A stretch of DNA of 44,002 nucleotides from a virus. The DNA lies in UHGV virus genome UHGV-0243075; one strand, written 5' to 3'. A program made the translations under genes and the position numbers. Below, piece by piece: positions 18,173 to 26,094 of this stretch (positions within the stretch are counted from its first letter, which is position 1; each line of letters opens with the position of its first letter). The notes beneath the pieces were generated by a model that was given only the letters and a program-made list of their open reading frames with translations, was not told the DNA's origin and searched no databases.

Positions 18173-18605
18173 GTATTTAGAATCCCTTATTTTTGACCGT
18201 ACACAGACAGACATAATAAAATTGACCGACAAAGCCTACATTGATTATAAAGACCTCAACCGAATCGAACAGGCGATTAAATGGGTATCTTATGTTTTAA
18301 ACCAGTATGGATATAGAAATATAACAAACAACAAGCTAAATTGGAAACCGGAGGACCATAGGACGGATAAAGAAATGGAACGTCTAAGAAAAAATATAGT
18401 TGCAATAAGAAACGCGTACTATACAGGTGATAGCACTCCCCTTACCCCAGATAAGATAACATACACATCAATTTATCAGGCCAATGCCATAGAAAAAATC
18501 ATTTATGATTTAGGTAATTTGATTGAAAAGTCCTATCCGGGTCCTCAATATTTGTCGTTTAAATTGGGAACCAAAGTTATAGGAAACAGAGGTATTAATC
18601 TATGA
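18165..18605 (+). CDS. Tail/baseplate-associated protein.
   Basis: Overlapping start in the tail operon. Confidence 0.5.
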   Translation: MSKYLESLIFDRTQTDIIKLTDKAYIDYKDLNRIEQAIKWVSYVLNQYGYRNITNNKLNWKPEDHRTDKEMERLRKNIVAIRNAYYTGDSTPLTPDKITYTSIYQANAIEKIIYDLGNLIEKSYPGPQYLSFKLGTKVIGNRGINL

Positions 18606-19078
18606 ATTTAAAAACAAATTTTAAAAATGACAAATTTTCTGGATTACGAAAATATAAGATGACCACAGATGCGTCAACCGGCCTAACAACGCTTGAAGAT
18701 AAAACAGAGTATCAAGAAATAGGAGACATTTTTTCGGCTGCTGATATTAACGAAACCAATAAGGCTGTATTACAAAACAACTCAGAAATCCAAGATATCA
18801 AAGGTATAAAAAGGATTATGGTCCCTTCGGCAAATTGGAGCACCTCTGTCCCATATTATCAGACAGTGGGTGTTCCGGGAGCAAAAGAGAACATAGGGCT
18901 TATTATTGGTGGTCCATATTTAGGGGATAAACCAAGCGCAAGCGTAGCCAGAGAGAGAAAAAAGGCTTTTGGATATGTCGATAGTGCTGAGAGTGGAAAT
19001 GGAATTGTCACACTATATTGCTATGGCTCTAAACCATCAACTGATTTTCAAATTCTTGTAAAAGGGGCAGGAAACTAG
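18602..19078 (+). CDS. Tail fibre-associated protein.
   Basis: ATGA overlap with the upstream gene. Position in the tail module. Confidence 0.5.
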   Translation: MNLKTNFKNDKFSGLRKYKMTTDASTGLTTLEDKTEYQEIGDIFSAADINETNKAVLQNNSEIQDIKGIKRIMVPSANWSTSVPYYQTVGVPGAKENIGLIIGGPYLGDKPSASVARERKKAFGYVDSAESGNGIVTLYCYGSKPSTDFQILVKGAGN

Positions 19079-19079
19079 T

Positions 19080-19484
19080 ATGGCAGAATGTATACTATAT
19101 AACGGCGGTATGTTTAACAACGATTATCTTACTGCGAAACCAGAAGATGTCAAATATGGACAGACTTTTATTGGTGCAGGAACAGAAAATACACAAGAAG
19201 GAACTATGCCTACTTATTACAATGTGGAACATGATTTTCCCATTAACGGAAAGTTTTCTATTCCAGAAGGGTATTTTGTTTCAATAACATTAAAACAAGA
19301 TATTCCAACATTGGGAGCACAATACGTTGACCCTTCCATCAATGGAACAACGGCTGGAGTTAAAGGAACATATATGACTGGAAATGTTTTTGTTGGTGGG
19401 ATATCGGGGATTTCAAGCGCTGTGATAAAAAAGGGAGTTAAAATAGGTCCATATATTGGGACATTTGAGGGATGGGTTGATTAA
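19080..19484 (+). CDS. Receptor-binding / fibre protein paralog A (short).
   Basis: N-terminal domain is homologous to the next ORF (MA-C-I..G...VK-G..F-G-G....GTMP...IPTLG-QYV-PS...G-YM-G-VFV). Confidence 0.55.
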   Translation: MAECILYNGGMFNNDYLTAKPEDVKYGQTFIGAGTENTQEGTMPTYYNVEHDFPINGKFSIPEGYFVSITLKQDIPTLGAQYVDPSINGTTAGVKGTYMTGNVFVGGISGISSAVIKKGVKIGPYIGTFEGWVD

Positions 19485-19486
19485 AA

Positions 19487-20422
19487 ATGGCTGATTGCAT
19501 AATTAAAAAAAATGGAGCTAATGCAGATACAAGTGATTTAACTTCTCTTCCATCGAGCGTAAAAAAAGGAAAAATATTCTTAGGCCGTGGAAGTGATGAT
19601 GAACAAATCGGAACAATGCCAATTATACACCCTGAAAAGCATGAACTACAATTAAATCAGACTCTGTCTTTGGGAGAAGGGTTTTATGAAGCGGGTAGCA
19701 CAGTAACACAAAATATACCTACACTAGGTAATCAGTACGTTGTTCCAAGCGCGGATTTGCAAACAGTAGAAACAACTGGTAAATATATGGCAGGCGACGT
19801 TTTTGTTGAAAGCCTCCCAAATCTTATTGCATCAAATATAAAAAAGAATGTAGTCATTAGGGTAGGAGACACAACTATTGTAGGAACTTACGAAGGATAT
19901 GAAAATGACGACCCATATACGCCATATTACAATGGTGTGTTTGCTCCTGGACAATCAATAAGCTCTTTTCCTTCCTTTGGGCGCAAAGGAGGACCGTACT
20001 ATAAAGGGGACGTAACCTTTGGACGGGATAACATCCATATCGAAAACCCTCTTAGCACAGATTATGTAACAACGGCAATTGTATTTAATGTTCCTCTTAA
20101 CTTTGATAATATCAACCGAATAACGTTAAAATATTCCCTCGCCAACGCATCTGGTGGGTGTGAAATGATTCTGGCTACTGGATATGTTAGTGATTACATA
20201 TATATGCGAGCTTCCAGCGGTTCTGGAAAAGATTATAATACTGGACTGGGAGATTATTGGAGAAGAGAGATACCAAATACATCGGGCAATTTAAAAACGA
20301 ATAGTTTTGATGTATCCAATATTACCGGAACACGATTTATATATATATCGCTATTTATGCGGACCACAGCAAGTACATCAGTTGTCAATATGACATTAAG
20401 GGAATTAAAATGCAGCATATAG
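19487..20422 (+). CDS. Receptor-binding / fibre protein paralog B (long, divergent C-terminus).
   Basis: Shares the N-terminal domain with 19080..19484 and has a longer C-terminal domain. Confidence 0.55.
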   Translation: MADCIIKKNGANADTSDLTSLPSSVKKGKIFLGRGSDDEQIGTMPIIHPEKHELQLNQTLSLGEGFYEAGSTVTQNIPTLGNQYVVPSADLQTVETTGKYMAGDVFVESLPNLIASNIKKNVVIRVGDTTIVGTYEGYENDDPYTPYYNGVFAPGQSISSFPSFGRKGGPYYKGDVTFGRDNIHIENPLSTDYVTTAIVFNVPLNFDNINRITLKYSLANASGGCEMILATGYVSDYIYMRASSGSGKDYNTGLGDYWRREIPNTSGNLKTNSFDVSNITGTRFIYISLFMRTTASTSVVNMTLRELKCSI

Positions 20423-20431
20423 GAGGAGAGC

Positions 20432-20920
20432 ATGGCAATAAATGATTTAGAAAAAATGGACAACTATAATCCAACTAATTATGTAAATAATTCTGAACCG
20501 GATATTGATGCTGAACATCTTAATAAAACAGAAAATAAACTGGAAGAAACTGTTGAAAAAGCTAATGAAATAATTGATACACTAAAAGCATTAATTTCAA
20601 CCGTTCAAACAAATTCACAAACCACAGTTCCGTCATCCTCGCTGGTCTATTCGATGCAGCAAGCAATCACAAAAAATACGGATGATATTGCTACTGCAAA
20701 TAGCAATTTAGCAAAAACTAATGCAAAGGTGACTTTAAACGGCGTCAAGAACATTAATGGTTTTACAGCCGTGTATTCTGACCGAACTGACCGGGCATTC
20801 CAGCTATATTATGATAACGGTGAGATTGCGTCAATCGCATTTAACAACACCGGTATCTGGTATGATTTTTATGACGGACGAAACTGGAAGCAGGTTTGGA
20901 AATTTAATAAGCCATCATAA
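20432..20920 (+). CDS. Tail fibre-like protein with an N-terminal coiled coil.
   Basis: RBS GGAGGAG upstream. Coiled-coil N-terminus, Ser/Thr-rich middle, beta-rich C-terminus. Confidence 0.5.
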   Translation: MAINDLEKMDNYNPTNYVNNSEPDIDAEHLNKTENKLEETVEKANEIIDTLKALISTVQTNSQTTVPSSSLVYSMQQAITKNTDDIATANSNLAKTNAKVTLNGVKNINGFTAVYSDRTDRAFQLYYDNGEIASIAFNNTGIWYDFYDGRNWKQVWKFNKPS

Positions 20921-20923
20921 TAA

Positions 20924-21346
20924 TCATTTTGTGCTGAAGGCATATAGGTTCGTAAGGTTTGGAACTTGACTGTTATAACCAATAAATCGTACGGTATCAC
21001 CTTTACGCACAGAAAACCATATAGGCATTGACGAATTGACTGTGACATCATTATTGACCCAAAAAATATTTATCCCATTTATAAGTACATTACAACCCTG
21101 AGCTGAGATGTTAAAACCAATGGAACCACAAACTATACAATCCTCTGTAGCTGCCCAACTTGTACCGTTAGCAAACCCATCTTTAATTTTTTTGCTGGTG
21201 TCTATGTATGGTAAATTGCTATTTGCTATATAAAAAACATACCCATGAAAGGAGTAAAATGAACCAATTAAAACTATTAAACAATACAAAATACGAATTA
21301 ATAACAAACGGGGTGGAAGAATCCGGCGATTACCTGACACTATCAT
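20924..21346 (-). CDS. Possible reverse-oriented moron encoding a signal-anchored secreted or membrane protein.
   Basis: Only ORF covering a 340-bp + strand coding gap. N-terminus NRRILPPRLLLIRILYCLIVLIGSF looks like a signal anchor. Weak RBS, and the start lies inside the next + strand gene. Confidence 0.35.
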   Translation of the reverse strand: MIVSGNRRILPPRLLLIRILYCLIVLIGSFYSFHGYVFYIANSNLPYIDTSKKIKDGFANGTSWAATEDCIVCGSIGFNISAQGCNVLINGINIFWVNNDVTVNSSMPIWFSVRKGDTVRFIGYNSQVPNLTNLYAFSTK

Positions 21347-21672
21347 TTCTTCCCGGATTAGACAGTTTTGAAACTGTAGAAGCCGAATTTAATCCGACAA
21401 ACACAGAAAGAATCTACATACTTGGTTTGGACAGTCAGCCGATAGAAGTAAAAACCGGATTTACTCAGCTGGTGGAGATGCATAAGAAAATGAATTATGT
21501 CATATCCTCTGAAACAGTAAATACCGGAACCGAGGAAGAGCCAAATTACGAAACCAATGAAGTGAAGGAAACCATTATGATTGCAAAGCTTCGGAGGCCG
21601 GATATTAGAGATACAGTACAGACCTTGCAAGATACAGTGGATGCAATGATTTTAAGTCAACTGGAGGTGTAA
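21259..21672 (+). CDS. Hypothetical tail/lysis-proximal protein (XkdW-like position).
   Basis: RBS AAAGGAG upstream. Confidence 0.5.
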   Translation: MNQLKLLNNTKYELITNGVEESGDYLTLSFLPGLDSFETVEAEFNPTNTERIYILGLDSQPIEVKTGFTQLVEMHKKMNYVISSETVNTGTEEEPNYETNEVKETIMIAKLRRPDIRDTVQTLQDTVDAMILSQLEV

Positions 21673-21673
21673 T

Positions 21674-21799
21674 ATGTATACAACATTAAAAAGGTTATAT
21701 AACAATGGAAAAGGGCCATTAACCGTTGATGAGCTTAACCGGGCTGTATTACTTGGATGGATTACAGAGCAGCAGAAAAACAGTATAATTGGAGGATGA
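21674..21799 (+). CDS. XkdX-family small protein, 41 aa.
   Basis: MYTTLKRLYNNGKGPLTVDELNRAVLLGWITEQQKNSIIGG matches the XkdX pattern (W..L...AV..G.IT). Confidence 0.55.
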   Translation: MYTTLKRLYNNGKGPLTVDELNRAVLLGWITEQQKNSIIGG

Positions 21800-21801
21800 T
21801 T

Positions 21802-22542
21802 ATGAGAGACATCACATTGTGTCATCCACGCTTGCAGCTTTTAGCAGGTCAGTTGGTGGACGAATGTAATAAACAGGGATTAAAAATTAAGATAGGAGAG
21901 ACACTGCGGACTGTGGCAGAGCAGGATGCTTTATATGCTCAGGGCAGGACTAAACCGGGCAACATTGTAACTAATGCGCCTGGTAGTAGTTATAGCTCCT
22001 ATCATCAGTGGGGAACAGCTTTTGATATATTTCGTAATGACGGCACTGGTGCTTATAATGAAATTGGTGGATTTTTTAACCGTGTAGGTGCTATCGGTGT
22101 ATCTTTGGGACTTGAATGGGGTGGAAATTGGAAGTCTCCTGTAGACAAGCCACATTTCCAATTGCCTGATTGGGGAAGTAGCACATCTGGAATCAAAAAA
22201 CTATATCGCACCCCGGATGAATTTATGAAAACCTGGGTGACAGAGGGACGCACTGGCTGGATTAAGGATAATAACGGCTGGTGGTATCGCAGACCAGATG
22301 GAACTTACCCGGCTAATAAGTGGTGTGTCATAAATCACCATTGGTATCTATTTAATAAGGATGGATATGCTTGCACCAGCTGGCACCGCTGGAATGGTAG
22401 TGTATGTGACCCGGATGATGGTTCGGGGGATTGGTATTACTTTGACCCTACACCAAACGGTCCATTGGAGGGGGCGTGCTGGCATAGTCAGGATAATGGG
22501 GCGCAGAATATCTGGTACATAGAGGACTCTAATTCAATATAA
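21802..22542 (+). CDS. Endolysin. N-terminal peptidase M15 (VanY / L-Ala-D-Glu peptidase-like) domain plus C-terminal cell-wall-binding repeats.
   Basis: GGAGG RBS 6 nt upstream. The VanY-like region includes TVAEQDALYAQGRT and SYHQWGTAFD. W/Y-rich repeats follow (GWWYRRPDGTYP, HHWYLFNKDGY, GDWYYFDP). Confidence 0.75.
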   Translation: MRDITLCHPRLQLLAGQLVDECNKQGLKIKIGETLRTVAEQDALYAQGRTKPGNIVTNAPGSSYSSYHQWGTAFDIFRNDGTGAYNEIGGFFNRVGAIGVSLGLEWGGNWKSPVDKPHFQLPDWGSSTSGIKKLYRTPDEFMKTWVTEGRTGWIKDNNGWWYRRPDGTYPANKWCVINHHWYLFNKDGYACTSWHRWNGSVCDPDDGSGDWYYFDPTPNGPLEGACWHSQDNGAQNIWYIEDSNSI

Positions 22543-22593
22543 AAGCGCCAGATTTTTACACTGACGCTTCTATAAATATTATACCATCTTCGG

Positions 22594-22831
22594 AAATATG
22601 CAACACGAAATGCAACACGGAGCCTATAAACCGCATAAAACCGTTATATTTTACGGGTCCGATTCCCGTCAGCAGCTCTTCCATAAAACCTTGTAGATAC
22701 GGGAAAAACAACGTATTTACAAGGTTTTTTCGTGTTTTGATACAGCACTTCCTACGCCTACCACGGTGGAAAATATGCTATTTTTTATTATATATGCAAC
22801 ACGATGCAACACGAAAAATATGCTATTTTAT
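22594..22831. repeat. attP-like repeat cluster abutting the integrase 3' end. Direct repeats of ATGCAACACGA occur in two pairs, AAATATGCTATTTT occurs twice, and there is an inverted copy of ACACGAAAAA.
   Basis: 22594-22620 reads aaatatgcaacacgaaatgcaacacgg. 22769-22831 reads gaaaatatgctatttttt...atatgcaacacgatgcaacacgaaaaatatgctatttta. An inverted copy lies at 22718-22735. Confidence 0.5.
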
Positions 22832-23922
22832 TACATGCTGTTTAATTTTTCAAAGTGCTTATTAATTTTTTTATTCTGCCGGACGCTTTCCAAGTCAATT
22901 ACATTTCTGTATACTGCTTTCATGATATTGTCGCTGGCCCATCCTCCCCGCTGCAAAATATATTGGTCCGGTATGCCTATGGCGTGCATAATGGATGCAG
23001 CATAATGCCGGAGGTCGTGAAAGCGGAAATGGGGTATATCAATCTTTTTGAGTACTCGTCCGAATCGGTGTGTGATGTAATCCGGGTTCATATCAACCAA
23101 CTTTCCTTTTTTTTCAGATATCCGGTCAATTACAAATGCGGGCATTTCTACATCCCTTGTACTATCATCCGTTTTAGGCTGTTTGATGTACCATTGATTG
23201 TCTGGCCCCTTGACCATATTGTCTCTTACATGGATAATACGACCCTCTACATTTTTATCAGTAAGGGCGCTTATCTCTCCGCGTCTGAGTGGTCCAAAGG
23301 CTGCTAGTAAAACAGCTATTTCTAAATCAGTACCTTTGATTGCCTCCAGCAGCTTTTTAATATCATTGTCATTGGGGCAATATAATTCAGGACGTTTTTT
23401 CTGAGGAAGTTTAACTTTTAGAGTTAAATCCGGTGCAAACATCTCCAGGGATGCAGATAACAGGCCATAGGCATTTCGGACTGTCTTTGGAGAGAGTTGT
23501 TTAGAGGCCAAATCACTTATCCATATCTGTACAGATGGATTCGTTAGTTCTGAGAGCCGTTTACGCCCAAATGCTCCGCCGAAATACTGTCTTTGCATAC
23601 CTGTGTACCCTCTAAGCGTGGAAGGGCTTAAAACGCCTTTCTTGACGTTTAAATAACGTTCAATAGCTTGGTTCACTGTTATATCTTCGTCCTCGTCCTC
23701 ATCCGGTTCATTGTATTGCTCTATGGGCTTATCTTTCATATCTAATTTCCATCGAGTAGCCATTTCCTTTGCTTCCTTGCGTGATGGAGCAACAAAGCTT
23801 TTGTAATGCCGCTTGCCTTTATCATCTGTATACAGATACACTTGCACTCGGACATTTCCAGACGGCAGTTCTCCTTTTTTCTTTTTCGGGGCTTTCTTTG
23901 TCATTTCTCTTTCCTCCTTCAA
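22831..23922 (-). CDS. int: Tyrosine integrase (site-specific recombinase, phage integrase family).
   Basis: C-terminal catalytic region ...HDLRHYAASIMHAIGIP...GGWASDNIMKAVYRNV has the R...H-x-x-R...Y pattern. Basic N-terminal arm-binding domain. Confidence 0.85.
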   Translation of the reverse strand: MKEEREMTKKAPKKKKGELPSGNVRVQVYLYTDDKGKRHYKSFVAPSRKEAKEMATRWKLDMKDKPIEQYNEPDEDEDEDITVNQAIERYLNVKKGVLSPSTLRGYTGMQRQYFGGAFGRKRLSELTNPSVQIWISDLASKQLSPKTVRNAYGLLSASLEMFAPDLTLKVKLPQKKRPELYCPNDNDIKKLLEAIKGTDLEIAVLLAAFGPLRRGEISALTDKNVEGRIIHVRDNMVKGPDNQWYIKQPKTDDSTRDVEMPAFVIDRISEKKGKLVDMNPDYITHRFGRVLKKIDIPHFRFHDLRHYAASIMHAIGIPDQYILQRGGWASDNIMKAVYRNVIDLESVRQNKKINKHFEKLNSM

Positions 23923-24034
23923 TTGATTTCCCTAAAAATAGGTATAAAAAATACAGCTCCGCAAATATCTTGCAAAGCCGCCCCGAAGATGGTACAATAT
24001 AGGTGCGATTATAGTGCATATCTTCGGGTATGTG

Positions 24035-24076
24035 GGCCGGTTCCTGTTGGTGCAGGGGCCGGCTGATTTTGTTGTT
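24035..24076 (+). terminator. Hairpin terminator-like element, copy 1 of a duplicated GC hairpin.
   Basis: ggccggttcctgttggtgcaggggccggc followed by tgattttgttgtt. Confidence 0.4.
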
Positions 24077-24103
24077 GAAAATTTTCTATGTTTGATATAT
24101 AAT
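24075..24103 (+). promoter_or_regulatory. Sigma-A-type promoter (TTGAAA-17-TATAAT) driving a short transcript.
   Basis: -35 at 24075-24080 and -10 at 24098-24103. Confidence 0.45.
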
Positions 24104-24109
24104 ATACTT

Positions 24110-24201
24110 AACAAGAGAACCGATGACTAGCTGAAACCTAGCCACCCCGGTATATGTAAAAAATAACGCCTTACTTTACCAGAGCGAGGGCGTTATTTTT
24201 T
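24110..24201 (+). ncRNA. Candidate roughly 90-nt small RNA between the promoter and a bidirectional terminator.
   Basis: Promoter at 24075-24103. Terminator hairpin aataacgcc...ggcgttatt flanked by A6 and T6 (24157-24201). No ORF. Segment 24132-24146 (ctagccacc) is complementary to 24300-24310 (ggtggctag). Confidence 0.25.
24157..24201. terminator. Bidirectional rho-independent terminator.
   Basis: aaaaaa-taacgcc-ttactttaccagagcgag-ggcgtta-tttttt. Confidence 0.55.
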
Positions 24202-24358
24202 ATGCTTAACAAGAGTTATGACTGCTACGAGCATGATAACAAATGTAAATAAGTCATTAAAAGTAACGTACATAAGCACCAGCCCCTTTCTCTTAAGAGT
24301 AGGTGGCTAGAATAGCGCCCCATCGGTTCCCAGGGTAAGTATATTATATTGTCAAGGT

Positions 24359-24394
24359 GGGGCCCCTGTTGGCGCAGGGGCCGGTTTTGTTTTA
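24359..24394 (+). terminator. Hairpin terminator, copy 2 of the duplicated GC hairpin.
   Basis: ggcccctg-ttggcg-caggggcc followed by ggttttgtttt. Confidence 0.5.
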
Positions 24395-25300
24395 CATATT
24401 TAAAATCTGTTTCTTCTTTTCATCAAACTCTTCTTGTGTTAATGCTCCAATGTCAAGTAATTCTTTTAAGGCCTTAATCCCTTCTAAATTTTGCTTCACA
24501 TCATTAATTATTATCGCTTTATCAGGAATTTTAGAGAAATCAAAACATCGTATTTTTGAATCAATTTCTCTAGTACATTTGAATGACAATTTGAAAATTT
24601 TTTTGCTATCTTGATTTCTGAAAGTAATAGTAGCATTGGTAGACTTTTCAATATTAGATGATAGTTCTGTAGAATTCGAAACTACATTCCCTATAGTTTT
24701 TGATAATCCCTTATTTTTTCCATTTATTCCACCAAGCATTATGTTACCTACAACTGCTCCTAATCCAATGTTAGATGTTTTTTCCTTTGATTTTGTCTTG
24801 CTCTCTTCTGTAGTAGTTCCTGAAGAAGTTGTTAAAGTTGAAAACTCTGGTCCATCCCATTCATATTCAATTAAATCGTAGAATGTAGACTTATCTTTAT
24901 TTAAAAATATTTTTCCAGAAGGTTCTTGAGTAATAATTATGTATCCTGTTTTCAATCCCAATTCTTTATATCCAAAAATAGCCTGTATTTTTATTGAACG
25001 GTTCTTTTTTTCATCGTCTAAATGATATTCTATCATTTCTAAATTAGGAGCATATTCATGAATAAAGTCAACAGTTTTTTGAATCAATTCATTTGCATTA
25101 TTAGAAAAATTAAAATTTTCTATAATGTTTGTTTGCGTTACAAAATTCATATACCCTTTTTTGCTGGTCGCATAACAATAATCAATTCTTTTCATTTGTT
25201 CATATGTAAGGGATACTTTATTCCCCATAAATGTAATCAAATTAACTCCTGTTTTACCGATATATAATTCCTTAGTCGTTCCTTTAATACTCATGAGCAT
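24392..25300 (-). CDS. AT-rich moron protein with a C-terminal SHOCT domain. Candidate superinfection-exclusion / abortive-infection / defence gene.
   Basis: Roughly 30 percent GC against roughly 45 percent in flanks. C-terminal IKALKELLDIGALTQEEFDEKKKQILNM fits the SHOCT pattern. Ser/Thr-rich linker and a GAVVGNIMLGG glycine-zipper segment. Lies in the int/repressor hotspot. Confidence 0.55.
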   Translation of the reverse strand: MLMSIKGTTKELYIGKTGVNLITFMGNKVSLTYEQMKRIDYCYATSKKGYMNFVTQTNIIENFNFSNNANELIQKTVDFIHEYAPNLEMIEYHLDDEKKNRSIKIQAIFGYKELGLKTGYIIITQEPSGKIFLNKDKSTFYDLIEYEWDGPEFSTLTTSSGTTTEESKTKSKEKTSNIGLGAVVGNIMLGGINGKNKGLSKTIGNVVSNSTELSSNIEKSTNATITFRNQDSKKIFKLSFKCTREIDSKIRCFDFSKIPDKAIIINDVKQNLEGIKALKELLDIGALTQEEFDEKKKQILNM

Positions 25301-25518
25301 CCTCCATAATGTGCATCATATTCAATGTTCTGTACATCATCTTTTTCAAAATCATTTCCTTCTAAATGCCTCATAACATGCCAGAACCTCTGTCTTTGAG
25401 ATTCCCTGGTTGCATTTTTATCTAAAAATATAGTAACGGTTCCATCCTCATTAGGCGTTACGGCTTCATGTATTTTTCCAGATGGAAAGCTAATCAATTG
25501 GACATGGTAGTCAATCAA
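25291..25518 (-). CDS. Small protein co-transcribed downstream of the repressor (overlaps it by 8 nt). Function unknown.
   Basis: 75 aa containing ESQRQRFWHVMRHLEGNDFEKDD. Operonic with the XRE repressor. Confidence 0.45.
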   Translation of the reverse strand: MIDYHVQLISFPSGKIHEAVTPNEDGTVTIFLDKNATRESQRQRFWHVMRHLEGNDFEKDDVQNIEYDAHYGGCS

Positions 25519-25891
25519 TATTACCCCGTTCCTTTCTCTTTAAAGCAAGCAACATATCGTGTGTAGTTTTCAAATCATCTGGCTCTGCGTCTCTGGCGGC
25601 ATCGAATAGCAGACGTAATTCTTTGTTTTCGAAAATGTCTTGTGCTATGGCCGCAGTTTCTGAATTGATATAGTAGCTATCAACTTCTGCCTTCTCGTTT
25701 CCGGGCATTAAATCATTTACCGACACTCCAAAATAGTCAGCTATTTGCTGGAGTTTTTTTATTGTCGGACTTGTGCCTCTGGTCTTGAACTTACCAATAT
25801 ACCCCCTTCCAAATCCCAATTCCTTTTCTAAGGCCGTAATCGCAATTCCACGTTGTTTGCAAAGGTCAGAAATTATATCGTATGTTGTCAT
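25511..25891 (-). CDS. XRE-family HTH repressor (CI-like lysogeny repressor).
   Basis: N-terminal HTH LCKQRGIAITALEKELGFGRGYIGKFKTRGTSPTIKKLQQIADYFGVSVNDL. CAGGAGG RBS. Divergent from the cro-like gene. Confidence 0.8.
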   Translation of the reverse strand: MTTYDIISDLCKQRGIAITALEKELGFGRGYIGKFKTRGTSPTIKKLQQIADYFGVSVNDLMPGNEKAEVDSYYINSETAAIAQDIFENKELRLLFDAARDAEPDDLKTTHDMLLALKRKERGNID

Positions 25892-25909
25892 GGTGGCCTC
25901 CTGATAAAA

Positions 25910-26094
25910 GTAGAAAAAAGTCTACAAAAACTATTGACAACATAGAATATAGTCTGTATAATACAAATATACGAGGTAGAAAAAAGTCTACTAAATGTAA
26001 AATACAGATTTTGATGTTGTCTATGATTTTGCTGGTAACTTGATTATAGAATAAAATCTACATCATGTCAATATATAAGGTAGAATTTTTTCTA
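25910..26094. promoter_or_regulatory. Immunity-region operator and promoter cluster. Two exact 16-bp sites GTAGAAAAAAGTCTAC (25910-25925, 25976-25991) flank a consensus TTGACA-17-TATAAT promoter (25934-25962). A third, degenerate site lies at 26080-26094.
   Basis: Direct reading. GTAGA/TCTAC half-sites. The promoter has TGTATAAT. Confidence 0.6.

Noticed and set aside
22855-23307. 150-aa + strand ORF inside the integrase gene
   Set aside because: It is antisense to the integrase, whose catalytic motifs are intact. No RBS supports it.
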